In this document: positions 1-9,575 of the stretch, piece by piece
Numbering within the stretch: the stretch's first letter is position 1
Layout: each line of letters begins with the position of its first letter
From: an archaeon
Lineage (GTDB): Archaea; Iainarchaeota; Iainarchaeia; Iainarchaeales; CSSED10-239
DNA: 32,000 nt
Direction: 5' to 3'
Assembly: GCA_041657425.1 (NCBI GenBank)
Contig: JBBABY010000005.1
Location: 60,633 to 92,632, forward strand
Notes under the pieces: generated by a model
What the model saw: the letters and a program-made list of their open reading frames with translations, nothing else
The model's database searches: none
What the model was told of the DNA's origin: nothing
Position numbers and translations under genes: made by a program

Positions 1-1
1 A

Positions 2-829
2 GAAAATAATAAAAAGCTAATCATTTGGGCGTTAGTCGCTTTAGTGGTTGGTGTAGTAATAGGTCTACTATTAACAAGTATAGTAACAACAGGAAATGCA
101 GCAACCGCATTAGGTGAAAAATCAGCAACACTTGATACGAAAACCACAGAAGATAATGTAGTTGAATCAAGAACAAACTTAGTATTAAACTTATTAAAAG
201 TAAATAGAATTGAAAATAGAGACGAAGATTTATTAATTCATGCAAATAGTGGAACTGAACGTCTTATGTTATGGGGAGACACAATGACAAATATTTGGGC
301 TCCAAGCATAGATATTTCTGGATCTACAGCGGTCGCAATTTCTACACCTGTAAATTTTATAGGATTAGGAACAGATGGTATAAATATTTTTGCTCATAAT
401 TTTATGATTGCTAATTCAGAACAAACTCAAACAAATCCAATAATTTCACTTGATTTAGAAAATTCTGAATTAGTCATAAATGCATCCACTACAAAATTTA
501 TAAATGTCGTATCTGTAAGTCCAATCATTTCAGAATATAGTGTAGGAGACACATTTACTATAGAAAATAATACTATAGAAGTTGCTGCCATTTGGGATGC
601 AAATGGAGTAGTTGAAATGCATTTGTTCGATGCAAATATGATAAATCCAATTGTTGAATTTTACGGAGAAGGAGATATAATCTTTAATCAATATTTAACT
701 GCAAGTTTAAAAGTAGAAAATATTTCTCAAAATGTAGTAGGCATTGTGGTTTTACCAACAGGCAACTCATATTATGCATGTATAGGATCTGATGGAACTT
801 TGTTTAAAAGTAATTATCCATGTAACTAA
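2..829 (+). CDS. Membrane-anchored surface protein, 5'-truncated by the window edge; third member of the paralog family at 12413 and 13501
   Basis: The frame is open from base 2; the track ORF starts at an internal GTG at 44. Bases 1-100 are near-identical in nucleotide sequence to 12421-12520 and encode ..ENNKKLIIWALVALVVGVVIGLL.. (charged N-terminus plus hydrophobic helix). The rest is N/T/S-rich with two Cys near the C-terminus. Confidence 0.65.
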   Translation, partial: ENNKKLIIWALVALVVGVVIGLLLTSIVTTGNAATALGEKSATLDTKTTEDNVVESRTNLVLNLLKVNRIENRDEDLLIHANSGTERLMLWGDTMTNIWAPSIDISGSTAVAISTPVNFIGLGTDGINIFAHNFMIANSEQTQTNPIISLDLENSELVINASTTKFINVVSVSPIISEYSVGDTFTIENNTIEVAAIWDANGVVEMHLFDANMINPIVEFYGEGDIIFNQYLTASLKVENISQNVVGIVVLPTGNSYYACIGSDGTLFKSNYPCN

Positions 830-852
830 ATAGAAATAAAAAATAAAATCAT

Positions 853-1272
853 TTATTTAAGATAGATGATTTTATTTCCATCTTTTATTTTTCTCCTTTT
901 TGAATACTTGATTAAATAGTGTATCTTGCTTTTTGGAATGCCTAGTTTCTTTTCAAGGTCTCTGTAACTGTAGTCTTTGTATGTTTGTAAGATTTTTTGT
1001 AGTTTTTCTATCTTAATGTCAATTGGTCTTCCTTGTTCTTTTCTTATTGCAATTGTAATTTCTTTCTTTTTTATAAATTCCTTAATTGCTTTACTCAGTC
1101 TTTCATTAGTTGAATTAGAGATAGTTATCATCTTTAGTCTTTTACATCGGCTGAGTATTTTGTTAAGAACTGCTTTAGAGAAAGCCCTAGTGATATGTAG
1201 CTCTTCGCAGTTAGTATTAACTTGTCCTGCTTTTGTAAAGTCTGAAAGTGTATCTTTTACAGTGTAGTTCAT
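853..1272 (-). CDS. Small hypothetical protein with C-terminal helix-turn-helix
   Basis: 139-aa ORF. The C-terminal YSYRDLEKKLGIPKSKIHYLIK resembles a resolvase/Hin-type HTH. The central CKRLKMITISNS..GRP region is reminiscent of archaeal DUF1699-like proteins (unverified). Confidence 0.5.
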   Translation of the reverse strand: MNYTVKDTLSDFTKAGQVNTNCEELHITRAFSKAVLNKILSRCKRLKMITISNSTNERLSKAIKEFIKKKEITIAIRKEQGRPIDIKIEKLQKILQTYKDYSYRDLEKKLGIPKSKIHYLIKYSKRRKIKDGNKIIYLK

Positions 1273-1332
1273 ATTTGTCCAAGATTTAATAATTCAATAT
1301 TTATATCTGGTAGATTAGATTTATAAATAAAT

Positions 1333-3042
1333 CTATGTGTTTAGAAATTCAAAGGTACTGGTTGTTCCTTTTTTAAATTTGTGATTTTTTAAGAAATCTA
1401 TGTGGTCAAATCTTTCTCTTGTAATTTTTTCTTTATCTGTGTCTTGTAGTTGTATAAAATTATTAATATCATAAGAACACAAAAATTCAGGCATAATCAC
1501 ATAGTCTGCTCCAGCATGATATAATTCTAAAGCCACATCTATGTGATCATTAACTACAATAAATAAGATATTTTTGTTTTTAGATTTAATCTTAGATATT
1601 AAAAAGTGATTAATGGAATAAGAATTAATTGTTGATATAATTACTTTTATTTTAGAGAGATTTAGTTCTTCTGTTAATTCAACATTTCCTGCATCTCCAT
1701 AAATATGATTAATTCTATTTTTTGTAAGTATTTTATCGATTTCGGGATTATGGTCAATTACCAAAAATTTTTTATTTTTCGTTTTAAGATATTCTCCAAC
1801 ACCCATTCCTACTTTATTATATCCAAAGATGATATAATTATAATCTTCTATAATTTGCACTTCGTCTCTTGCATTTTTCTTTTCAAAGATATTTAGATAT
1901 TTTCCGATTTTATCAAATATCCAATCAGAATATATTATCATGTAAGAAGAGCAAGTAATTGTTATTAGCCCTACAAAGGTAACAAATGAAAGAACCTCTG
2001 TTGTTAAATGTCCCGCAGTAATTCCTAAAGCGATAAGGATTAAAGAAAATTCAGAAATTTGAGCAACAGTAAGTCCTGCCATAAATCCTACTTTTTTTTT
2101 GTAACCCGATAGTCCCATAATAATCATAACAATTAAAGGATTACCTATTAAAATAAATAATGACAAAATTATTATTGGAATAATGTGTGCGGAAAAACTT
2201 CCAAAAGTCATTTGTAATCCTAATAATACAAAAAATAAAATCAAAAAGAAATCTCTTAGTGGTTTAAGCTTAAGGTTTATCTCAAATCTGTACGTTGAAA
2301 AAGACAAGAAAAATCCTGCAAGAAGCGCCCCGATTTCAATAGAGAAACCAAAGTAAAAAAACAATGCTGCAAGTATTAAACACCAACCAATTGAAAATAA
2401 TAATAAAAATTCTTGCGATTTTGCTACAAATTTAAGAAATTTAGGCAACAAATATATTGAAAATAATAACAATCCAATTACTAATCCAATGCCAATAAAT
2501 ATATTAGTTAACATTGATGATTTGTTTTGTCCACTAAGAGAAGAAATAACAATTAAAACAACTATTGCAACAAGATCTTGAACAACTAAAAAACCAATAG
2601 ATATTTTTCCATAAAGAGAATTGACTGCCCCCTTATCTGTAAGCAACTTCATTATAATAATGGTACTACTAAATGCAAGAGCTAAAGACACATAAAGAGA
2701 AGTAACCCAATTAAATCCTATAAGTAAACAAATAAGATATCCTATACCAGTAGTAAAAACAATTTGACCAATACCTGTAAATAAGGAAACCTTGCCCACT
2801 TCTTTTAAGACTTTAGGATTAAGATTTATCCCTACCATAAATAACAATAAAGAAACGCCTATATGTGAAAATACCGTAATTGACGAGGTGTCTTTAATAA
2901 TATTTAGAACATATGGACTAACTACAATTCCTGTAAGTATATATCCAATAATTAGTGGTTGCTTTAATAATCTAATAATTGTAGTTATGATAATAGCTAT
3001 GAATATAATAATACAGATTTCAATAAAAAAATTATTAATCAT
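1333..3042 (-). CDS. CPA2-family cation:proton antiporter (Kef-type) with C-terminal RCK/TrkA-N domain
   Basis: 569 aa. Multi-TM N-terminal region with LKQPLIIGYILTGIVVSP and EFSLIL motifs typical of Na+/H+ exchanger folds. The C-terminal IIFGYNKVGMGVGEYL...VIDHNPE is a Rossmann-type RCK domain. Confidence 0.85.
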   Translation of the reverse strand: MINNFFIEICIIIFIAIIITTIIRLLKQPLIIGYILTGIVVSPYVLNIIKDTSSITVFSHIGVSLLLFMVGINLNPKVLKEVGKVSLFTGIGQIVFTTGIGYLICLLIGFNWVTSLYVSLALAFSSTIIIMKLLTDKGAVNSLYGKISIGFLVVQDLVAIVVLIVISSLSGQNKSSMLTNIFIGIGLVIGLLLFSIYLLPKFLKFVAKSQEFLLLFSIGWCLILAALFFYFGFSIEIGALLAGFFLSFSTYRFEINLKLKPLRDFFLILFFVLLGLQMTFGSFSAHIIPIIILSLFILIGNPLIVMIIMGLSGYKKKVGFMAGLTVAQISEFSLILIALGITAGHLTTEVLSFVTFVGLITITCSSYMIIYSDWIFDKIGKYLNIFEKKNARDEVQIIEDYNYIIFGYNKVGMGVGEYLKTKNKKFLVIDHNPEIDKILTKNRINHIYGDAGNVELTEELNLSKIKVIISTINSYSINHFLISKIKSKNKNILFIVVNDHIDVALELYHAGADYVIMPEFLCSYDINNFIQLQDTDKEKITRERFDHIDFLKNHKFKKGTTSTFEFLNT

Positions 3043-3127
3043 ATAATATTTAAGAAATATATATTTATAAATACAACTCTAGTACATAATAACTAAGGAC
3101 AATATAAAAATTAAAATACGAAAAAAA

Positions 3128-4816
3128 ATGACACATTTACTATTATTGAATATTGCAATTATCATAATTTGTGCAACAGTAATGACATTTATTTTTACTA
3201 AACTTAAACAACCATCTGTTCTCGCATTTATAGTAACTGGTATTTTAATAGGTCCGTTAGTTCTTGGTTGGGTTAATAATTCTGAAGAAATAATGTTAAT
3301 TTCTGAAATTGGAATTGCCTTTCTTTTATTTAGTGTAGGAATTGGAACGGATTTAAAAGAATTAAAAAGTTTAAAATTATCGATTATTCTTTTGCCATTA
3401 ATAAATATAGTTCTTATGTTTATATTTTTATTTGTATTTAGTAAAGTTATTAATCTCACATTAATTCAATCATTATATTTTTCTGTCATATTGTCATTCA
3501 GTTCCACAATGTTAGTTGCTAAGATTTATTTAGATAATTTTATGATTGATTCTTTGCATGGGCGGATTGCGATCGGAATACTTCTTGTTGAAGATCTTAT
3601 AGCCATTCTTGCAATTCCAATTTTAAAAAATTTCAGCGAATTTACATTTTTGATGTTTTTAATAATTCTTGCAAAGACTGCGGTATTTGTTCTTTTTGCT
3701 CTTTTTTTAAATAAAATTGTGTATCCTTATATTATAAAACAAGCATACAAATCTGAGCAAAGTTTCTTCTTATTATCAATTGCAAGTTGTTTTATATTTA
3801 TTATGTTATCTTATCTTCTTGATTTTCCAATGGCCGTTGGTGCATTTTTTGGGGGGGTTGCAATTTCTATTTATCCGTATAGTTACGAAATCTCTAATAA
3901 AATCTCAAGTATAAGAGATCTTTTAGCAACTATTGTTTTTGTATCTTTAGGTATGCAGTTATCTTTAAATATTTCTAACGATATTTTCTTTATAATAGTA
4001 ATATTTATACTTGCATTTATAATAAAACCAATAATTCATTTCTTTATGATTTTATTTGCAGGATATGGTACAAAAATTTCTTTAAGAGTATCTGGAGATT
4101 TAAACCAGATTTCTGAATTTTCGTTAATAATAGCAATGCAAGGAATCGCTTTGGGGCAAATTACAAGTTCACAATATGCAATAGTGATTATAATTACTTC
4201 TCTATCAATGTTAACAACACCTTATGTAATGCTTAATAGTGAAAAGATATATACTTTCTTTAAACCAATAATGGATAGATTTAAGGAAGAATTTTGGCAC
4301 AGGCAAATAAATTCATTGTCTACCATTTCAAAAGATATTAAAGATCACATAGTAGTAATTGGTTCAGATGTAATGACTGAAGGTTTCATAAAAGTAGTTT
4401 CAAGAGATGTAGATCAACCAATTATCTTAGTGGATTATAATCCAGAAAAGTTATTAGCTTTTCAAAACAAAAGAATAAAATATGTTTGTGGAGACATCAA
4501 CTATAAAGAAGTAATGAATGCAGTAAATTTAAAAGAAGCAAAACTTGCAATATTGACTGCTCCAAAGTTTGATACAACAATAAGATTTCTAAAAACTGCA
4601 AAAACAATTAACCCTCGGCTTCCAATTTATGTTAGAGCAAAAACTAAAAAAGAAGCATTACAATTATATGAGCTTGGTGCAGATTTAGTGATCTTACCAC
4701 ATGTTTTAGAATCAAATTATCTTCTTCAAAAAGTTTATTCTTTTGTTAAAGATGGTCCCGAAAGAAACAAGGCTCTAAGATCTGAATATTTAAGTTATTT
4801 AAAAAAAGAAAATTAG
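3128..4816 (+). CDS. CPA2-family cation:proton antiporter with C-terminal RCK/TrkA-N domain (paralog of 1333..3042)
   Basis: 562 aa. LKQPSVLAFIVTGILIGP and SEFSLIIA motifs plus C-terminal VVIGSDVMTEGF...LVDYNPE. Transcribed divergently from its paralog. Confidence 0.85.
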   Translation: MTHLLLLNIAIIIICATVMTFIFTKLKQPSVLAFIVTGILIGPLVLGWVNNSEEIMLISEIGIAFLLFSVGIGTDLKELKSLKLSIILLPLINIVLMFIFLFVFSKVINLTLIQSLYFSVILSFSSTMLVAKIYLDNFMIDSLHGRIAIGILLVEDLIAILAIPILKNFSEFTFLMFLIILAKTAVFVLFALFLNKIVYPYIIKQAYKSEQSFFLLSIASCFIFIMLSYLLDFPMAVGAFFGGVAISIYPYSYEISNKISSIRDLLATIVFVSLGMQLSLNISNDIFFIIVIFILAFIIKPIIHFFMILFAGYGTKISLRVSGDLNQISEFSLIIAMQGIALGQITSSQYAIVIIITSLSMLTTPYVMLNSEKIYTFFKPIMDRFKEEFWHRQINSLSTISKDIKDHIVVIGSDVMTEGFIKVVSRDVDQPIILVDYNPEKLLAFQNKRIKYVCGDINYKEVMNAVNLKEAKLAILTAPKFDTTIRFLKTAKTINPRLPIYVRAKTKKEALQLYELGADLVILPHVLESNYLLQKVYSFVKDGPERNKALRSEYLSYLKKEN

Positions 4817-5871
4817 ATATTTTTAAATTGTTTAACTAATTCTTCAATCTTCTCATCTACTCTCTTTAAAAATAATTTTGAATCTTGGTATTTATGATTT
4901 TTAAGTTTTTGTTTATATTTTGGGATATTTATTAAAAATTGTTTAAGACTTTTCTCATCAATTTTTGTGTGTGATTCTCCATATCCTAAAATATCAAGAT
5001 AGTGTGCATTTGTTAATTGTTCAAATTGATGTTTCATAGGAATGGAGTAGATTGGTTTTTTGAAATATAACGCTTCAGTAATTAATGTGTGCCCGCCATT
5101 AGTAATTATAGCTTTACATTCAGAAATATATTTAAACAGATTTGGTTCATTTTTTTTAAATGTAATATTTCCATCAATTTTATCTTGATTATATCCAAAT
5201 ACAATGAATTTTTCAGTTTTAATTTTCTTAAGAACCGGGGTCACATTTGTTTTCTCCATAAATCTGTTATACACAAGAATATACCCTTTGTCTTTAGATT
5301 TAAACTTTTTAATTTCGTCCATAAAAATAGGATCAAAGACTTCTGTATTCTTCTTAACAATGTTTGTTCTATAGAAACATAATCCAAAATAATAATTTGC
5401 AAAAGGATAAACTAATTTTGAAACTGCTTTTGCTTGAAAGAAATCTCCACTGTCCTTTGCTTTAAATTCAACATCTCCTCTAAAGATAGTTGCATGATTA
5501 TCAATTTCAATAGTTGGGATCTCAAGCATCTTTCCTGCCCAAAGAGTATATCTCTCAAGATCTGAAATAATTATATCTGGTTTATAATTATAAATGATTT
5601 TAGTTGTTTGTGTTAAGTTCTTTGCATTCTTTGCATTAAACCACCCAAAAAAACTTTTAGCAAGCTTTACTCCTTCTTTACTATAAACAAAAACTGGTTG
5701 TTTAACAACATCAATTTTAATGTTAGGATATTTTTTTTCTAAGAAGTTAGCAACACTTTCATCTGTAATAATTTGAATTTTGTGTCCTTTCTTAAGCAAG
5801 TGATCAATGATTGGAATACTTCTAGTGACATGTCCAAACCCATCTGAATTAAGTGCATATATAATCTTCAT
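4813..5871 (-). CDS. Glycosyltransferase, MJ1255-like / GT28 C-terminal-domain family
   Basis: 352 aa. N-terminal IYALNSDGFGHVTRSIPIIDHL and C-terminal ITNGGHTLITEALYFKKP match the UDP-glycosyltransferase (MurG-like) pattern. Confidence 0.65.
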   Translation of the reverse strand: MKIIYALNSDGFGHVTRSIPIIDHLLKKGHKIQIITDESVANFLEKKYPNIKIDVVKQPVFVYSKEGVKLAKSFFGWFNAKNAKNLTQTTKIIYNYKPDIIISDLERYTLWAGKMLEIPTIEIDNHATIFRGDVEFKAKDSGDFFQAKAVSKLVYPFANYYFGLCFYRTNIVKKNTEVFDPIFMDEIKKFKSKDKGYILVYNRFMEKTNVTPVLKKIKTEKFIVFGYNQDKIDGNITFKKNEPNLFKYISECKAIITNGGHTLITEALYFKKPIYSIPMKHQFEQLTNAHYLDILGYGESHTKIDEKSLKQFLINIPKYKQKLKNHKYQDSKLFLKRVDEKIEELVKQFKNI

Positions 5872-5941
5872 AATAATATTATAAAATAAAGCAATTTTTA
5901 AATGTTTTTAAATACTCATTTTTATTAAAAGGAGCAAACAA

Positions 5942-6523
5942 ATGATAATCTTAATATGTGGTTTTTCTGCATCAGGTAAAAGCTATCTAGTTAATTCTGT
6001 GGCAGATAAACTAAACTATAAGCACGTTCATACTTCAGATATTCTTAATCAAATTGCGTGCGGGGTTTCTGAAAAGAAAGTAAATTGTAATAATACAAAA
6101 ATGAACACCGGTTGGTACGAGTTTTCAGGACTTGATGAAAAGCGAAAGAAAACAAATAATATAGATAAGAAATTGGATAAATATCTTCTAAACTTAGTAA
6201 AAACAAAAAACAATATTGTTCTTGATTCTTGGACACTACCATATTTAGTAAAAGATAATAAAAAAGTAATTAAGATTTGGTTAGATGCAACAGAAAAAAT
6301 AAGATCACAAAGGCTTGCATTAAGAGACAAGATAACATACACAGAAGCACATAAGCTACTAAAAAGCAAAGATTCTTTTTCTAAGGAACATTTCCAAGAA
6401 CTCTATGGTTTTACGTTAGGGAAAGACAAACAAGTTTTTGATTTAGTAATTAATACAAATACTTTAAGTATAAAACAAGTAGAACAGAAAACTCTTGATT
6501 TTTTAAAAAAGAAAATTAAGTAG
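5942..6523 (+). CDS. P-loop nucleotide kinase, archaeal cytidylate-kinase-like
   Basis: 193 aa. N-terminal Walker A ILICGFSASGKS; the size and RLALRD motif are typical of small NMP kinases. An AGGAG RBS lies upstream. Confidence 0.5.
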   Translation: MIILICGFSASGKSYLVNSVADKLNYKHVHTSDILNQIACGVSEKKVNCNNTKMNTGWYEFSGLDEKRKKTNNIDKKLDKYLLNLVKTKNNIVLDSWTLPYLVKDNKKVIKIWLDATEKIRSQRLALRDKITYTEAHKLLKSKDSFSKEHFQELYGFTLGKDKQVFDLVINTNTLSIKQVEQKTLDFLKKKIK

Positions 6524-7354
6524 TTATTTTTCTATTTTTTTTCTTAGTCTTTCAATAACAGAATAATCTACATTATATTTTCCAAGTTCATTTTCTGGAA
6601 AAAAAGTGCTTCCGTGAAAATCAGAGCCACCACTTTCAATTAAGCATAATTTTTTTGCAATTTCTTTTGATTCCACGATAAACGCATCATATTCACTTCC
6701 ATGTGGTCCAGTAGTTTCAATTCCTGAAAGTCCATAAGAAATAAGTTTAGATGAATAATATTCAAAGTCATTTCTAAGAGATAACGGGAGATACCAAGGG
6801 TGAGGAAGCACAGCAACTCCTCCTGCATTTTTTATTTCAGCAATTACTTTTTTAGCACTATATCTTTTTGGTTTATAGTCAATACTTATCTTCTTAATAA
6901 TTCCAACAAATGCTTCTTGTAAGTTTTGAACATAGCCGTTCTTTCTAAGTTCCAAAGCCAGGTGTGTAGCCATAACTTTTTGTGTTGGTCCTGCAAACTT
7001 AAAGATTGATTCCATTTCAACATTGTAGCCATTATCTTGTAACCAATAAATCTTTTGAGTAACGACGTCACTAATGGATTTTGAGTTTTCTTCTAAAATC
7101 TTAAGTAATGGTTCATAATTAGGATCAAAGAAATAACCAAGAATTTCTGTAGACTCACAATTAATTTCAACACCTGTAATTAATTCGATTTTTTCTTTTT
7201 TTGCAAATTTAGAAGCATCAGCCAAAGCATCAACGCCATTATGATCAGTAATTGCTAAAGCTTTAAGTTTCTTAGAAGAAGCAATTTTTATTAAATATTC
7301 AGGAGAATGAAAACCATCTGAATAGTAAGTGTGAGTGTGTAAATCACAGTTCAT
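6524..7354 (-). CDS. PHP-domain metal-dependent phosphoesterase
   Basis: 276 aa. N-terminal DLHTHTYYSDG, then ITDHNG and GGSDFHG, the canonical PHP His/Asp motifs. Confidence 0.85.
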   Translation of the reverse strand: MNCDLHTHTYYSDGFHSPEYLIKIASSKKLKALAITDHNGVDALADASKFAKKEKIELITGVEINCESTEILGYFFDPNYEPLLKILEENSKSISDVVTQKIYWLQDNGYNVEMESIFKFAGPTQKVMATHLALELRKNGYVQNLQEAFVGIIKKISIDYKPKRYSAKKVIAEIKNAGGVAVLPHPWYLPLSLRNDFEYYSSKLISYGLSGIETTGPHGSEYDAFIVESKEIAKKLCLIESGGSDFHGSTFFPENELGKYNVDYSVIERLRKKIEK

Positions 7355-7370
7355 TTGTTTTCTTCCCGCT

Positions 7371-7580
7371 TTATTGCATAGTCTTGGTTGCTAGTTTTAT
7401 ATCTTCGCCAGTAACTGTTTTTCTTTTTGCGTGCTTTGCAAGTTCAATTGCTTGTTTTGAGATGTCCATAGCTACTTCAGAAAGAATCTTACTTAGTTCT
7501 TCTGCTGCGTCTTCTGACACTCTTTCTGCTCCTGCCTTTCTAATAAGTCTATCGATTGCTGCAACTGGTAAATCAGTCAT
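7371..7580 (-). CDS. Archaeal histone (HMf-type histone fold)
   Basis: 69 aa. [26 protein letters not shown]...[17 protein letters not shown] aligns along its whole length with the HMfA/HMfB pattern. Confidence 0.95.
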   Translation of the reverse strand: MTDLPVAAIDRLIRKAGAERVSEDAAEELSKILSEVAMDISKQAIELAKHAKRKTVTGEDIKLATKTMQ

Positions 7581-7651
7581 AAAATAACCCCCATATTTAA
7601 TTTAAATAAATTATAACGCTTTTCGTTTATAAGATGGTACTTCAAAAGCTT

Positions 7652-7659
7652 TTTAAATA
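7652..7659 (+). promoter_or_regulatory. TATA-box-like element (tttaaata) for the 7682 gene
   Basis: tttaaata lies 23-30 nt upstream of the ATG at 7682 with no RBS between them, which fits a leaderless archaeal transcript. Confidence 0.35.
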
Positions 7660-7681
7660 AAACCTCTAAAAGATATATACT

Positions 7682-8575
7682 ATGACGCTATTAGATTCCA
7701 TTCTTTTGCAGATTAATCAAAAGAAAACAAGCTTTAATGAGCTATTAACAAGAATCATACCTAATTATTCAAGTACAGAATCAGCAAGAGCTGCTCTTTT
7801 TCGTGTTATTAAAAACCTGGTGTCGTTTGGTTATATTCAAAAAACTGAAGATTTTTACGAGATAACTGAGAAAGGAAAAAAGATGGTGGAGTCAAAGCTT
7901 CAAGATAAGATGCTAAATAATATAAATAGCATAAATGATCTTCTTCAAAAATCTCAACCTGCAAAATCTCTACAATATCTTGATGACATGGTTAGAAATT
8001 TACAAATATTTTTAGAAAGATCAAAAGAAGACCAAACTCTTTTAAAGATAGGTAAAACAAGTGTTACTTTTTATGTTTCAGATTTAGAAGATATAAAAAC
8101 AAATGTCGCAAGTAGATTAACAAAATTTGAACAATCTTTTGATAGGCAGATACAGTCTTTAAAGGATTTAAATTTTGAAGATCAGTTTGTTATTAATCTT
8201 GACAATAACGCTTTTGAGTTGATTAAAGAATTATCCACTAGTAACAACGTTTCAGAACTAATAATTGATTGTGATAAGACAGATATCAATTCAGGGATGC
8301 TTTTTGAAACACATGCAGAGTTTGCAAAAAAGCCAGATAATGTTTTTATTCTTAAGCAAGCAGACATAGATGTTTTAAAGAAATTATTATTATCAAGACT
8401 TGACATAATAATGCAGACTAGATTTAAGACCTACATTAAAGAAATTGTAATTTATTTAAAGGTTGGAAAGCTTTACTTCACAGGCCCTTACAATCAGATA
8501 GTTACAATTAAAGAAAGCTATTCTAAACTAACAGAACCAGAAAAGAAAGAAGTTAAAGAAAAAATAATATCTTAA
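7682..8575 (+). CDS. Hypothetical protein with N-terminal winged-helix-like region
   Basis: 297 aa. SARAALFRVIKNLVSFGYIQKTEDFYEITEKGKKMV looks like a wHTH. The rest has no recognisable family. Confidence 0.5.
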   Translation: MTLLDSILLQINQKKTSFNELLTRIIPNYSSTESARAALFRVIKNLVSFGYIQKTEDFYEITEKGKKMVESKLQDKMLNNINSINDLLQKSQPAKSLQYLDDMVRNLQIFLERSKEDQTLLKIGKTSVTFYVSDLEDIKTNVASRLTKFEQSFDRQIQSLKDLNFEDQFVINLDNNAFELIKELSTSNNVSELIIDCDKTDINSGMLFETHAEFAKKPDNVFILKQADIDVLKKLLLSRLDIIMQTRFKTYIKEIVIYLKVGKLYFTGPYNQIVTIKESYSKLTEPEKKEVKEKIIS

Positions 8576-8576
8576 A

Positions 8577-8647
8577 GCAACTATAGTCTAGTGGTAGGAT
8601 GCAAGCTTCCCAAGCTTGCGACTCGGGTTCGAATCCCGGTAGTTGCA
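8577..8647 (+). tRNA. tRNA-Gly (anticodon CCC)
   Basis: Manual cloverleaf: acceptor gcaacta/tagttgc, anticodon stem caagc/gcttg with loop ttCCCaa, T-arm tcggg-ttcgaat-cccgg. 71 nt, CCA not encoded. Confidence 0.9.
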
Positions 8648-8652
8648 CTGCC

Positions 8653-8678
8653 TTTTCTTTTCTTGTAAGAAAAGAAAA
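8653..8678 (+). terminator. T-rich perfect hairpin immediately 3' of tRNA-Gly
   Basis: ttttcttttctt-gt-aagaaaagaaaa has 12-nt perfectly complementary arms. The T-rich 5' arm could act as an archaeal oligo-T terminator. Confidence 0.3.
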
Positions 8679-8774
8679 TGTAAGCTGCCAAAAGAAAAGA
8701 ACTATAAGGTGCCAAAAACGGCAGGTGTCGAAAGAAAACACGAACGATTAAAAAAATAATTAAACGGCAAAATT

Positions 8775-9356
8775 ATGTCAACTGTTAAAATACTTGTAGA
8801 AGGTTATGCTCACGAAGGAAAAGATTGTTATGAAGCAACTTGTTCGACAGTTTTAATTGAGGATTCCGGAAAAAGAATAATTGTTGATCCAGGTTGTAAC
8901 GAGAAACTACTTCTTAATGCATTAAAGAAAGAAAAATTAACCCCAAAAGATATTGATTTAATTTTCTTAACACATTATCATATTGATCACTTATTAAATA
9001 TAAGATTATTTCCTGGAATTGATATCTTAGATGGAGACATAATTTATCGTGGAGATAAAGAATTTTCTTTTAAAAAGAAAATACCTGGCACAAATATTGA
9101 AGTAATAGAAACTCCAGGCCACGCACACGAACAAGTAACTCTTTTAGTAAAAACTGAAAAAGGCATCATTGCAATTGCGGAAGACTTATGGTGGTGGGAA
9201 GATGGAAAACAAAAAACAGATAAGAAATCATTATTATCTTTAAAAGATCCATTTGTAAAAAATAAGCAAGCATTATTGAAAAGCAGGAAATTAATATTAC
9301 AAAAAGCAGACTATATAATTCCAGGACACGGAAAAATGTTTAAAGTAGAAAAGTGA
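8775..9356 (+). CDS. MBL-fold metallo-hydrolase
   Basis: 193 aa with THYHIDH (HxHxDH), ETPGH and IPGHG motifs. Confidence 0.85.
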   Translation: MSTVKILVEGYAHEGKDCYEATCSTVLIEDSGKRIIVDPGCNEKLLLNALKKEKLTPKDIDLIFLTHYHIDHLLNIRLFPGIDILDGDIIYRGDKEFSFKKKIPGTNIEVIETPGHAHEQVTLLVKTEKGIIAIAEDLWWWEDGKQKTDKKSLLSLKDPFVKNKQALLKSRKLILQKADYIIPGHGKMFKVEK

Positions 9357-9361
9357 GTGTT

Positions 9362-9556
9362 ATGAAACTAGGAAAATATAAACACTACAAGGGGAAGATT
9401 GTAGAAGTTATTAGTGTTGGTAAGCACACAGAGACAAATGAAGATTTAGTAATCTATAAAGAAGGAAAAAACTTTTGGGTAAGACCAGAAAAAATCTTTA
9501 AAGAGAAAGTAATTGTAAATGGAAAATCAGTTTCAAGATTTAAATATATAAAATAA
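9362..9556 (+). CDS. DUF1653-like small protein
   Basis: KHYKGKIVEVISVGKHTETNEDLVIYKEG..WVRPEKIF matches the DUF1653 pattern. I prefer the ATG at 9362 over the GTG at 9353 that overlaps the upstream stop. Confidence 0.6.
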   Translation: MKLGKYKHYKGKIVEVISVGKHTETNEDLVIYKEGKNFWVRPEKIFKEKVIVNGKSVSRFKYIK

Positions 9557-9575
9557 AAAGGAAGTGAAAAATAGT

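Noticed and set aside
8553-8741. 62-aa minus-strand ORF
   Set aside because: It is antisense to tRNA-Gly(CCC) and to the hairpin region, and has no RBS or promoter context.
8650-8760. CRISPR-like or tandem repeat signal (aaagaaaag-type repeats)
   Set aside because: This is a low-complexity purine/pyrimidine run forming one hairpin, not regularly spaced repeats with unique spacers. I saw no CRISPR array anywhere in the window.
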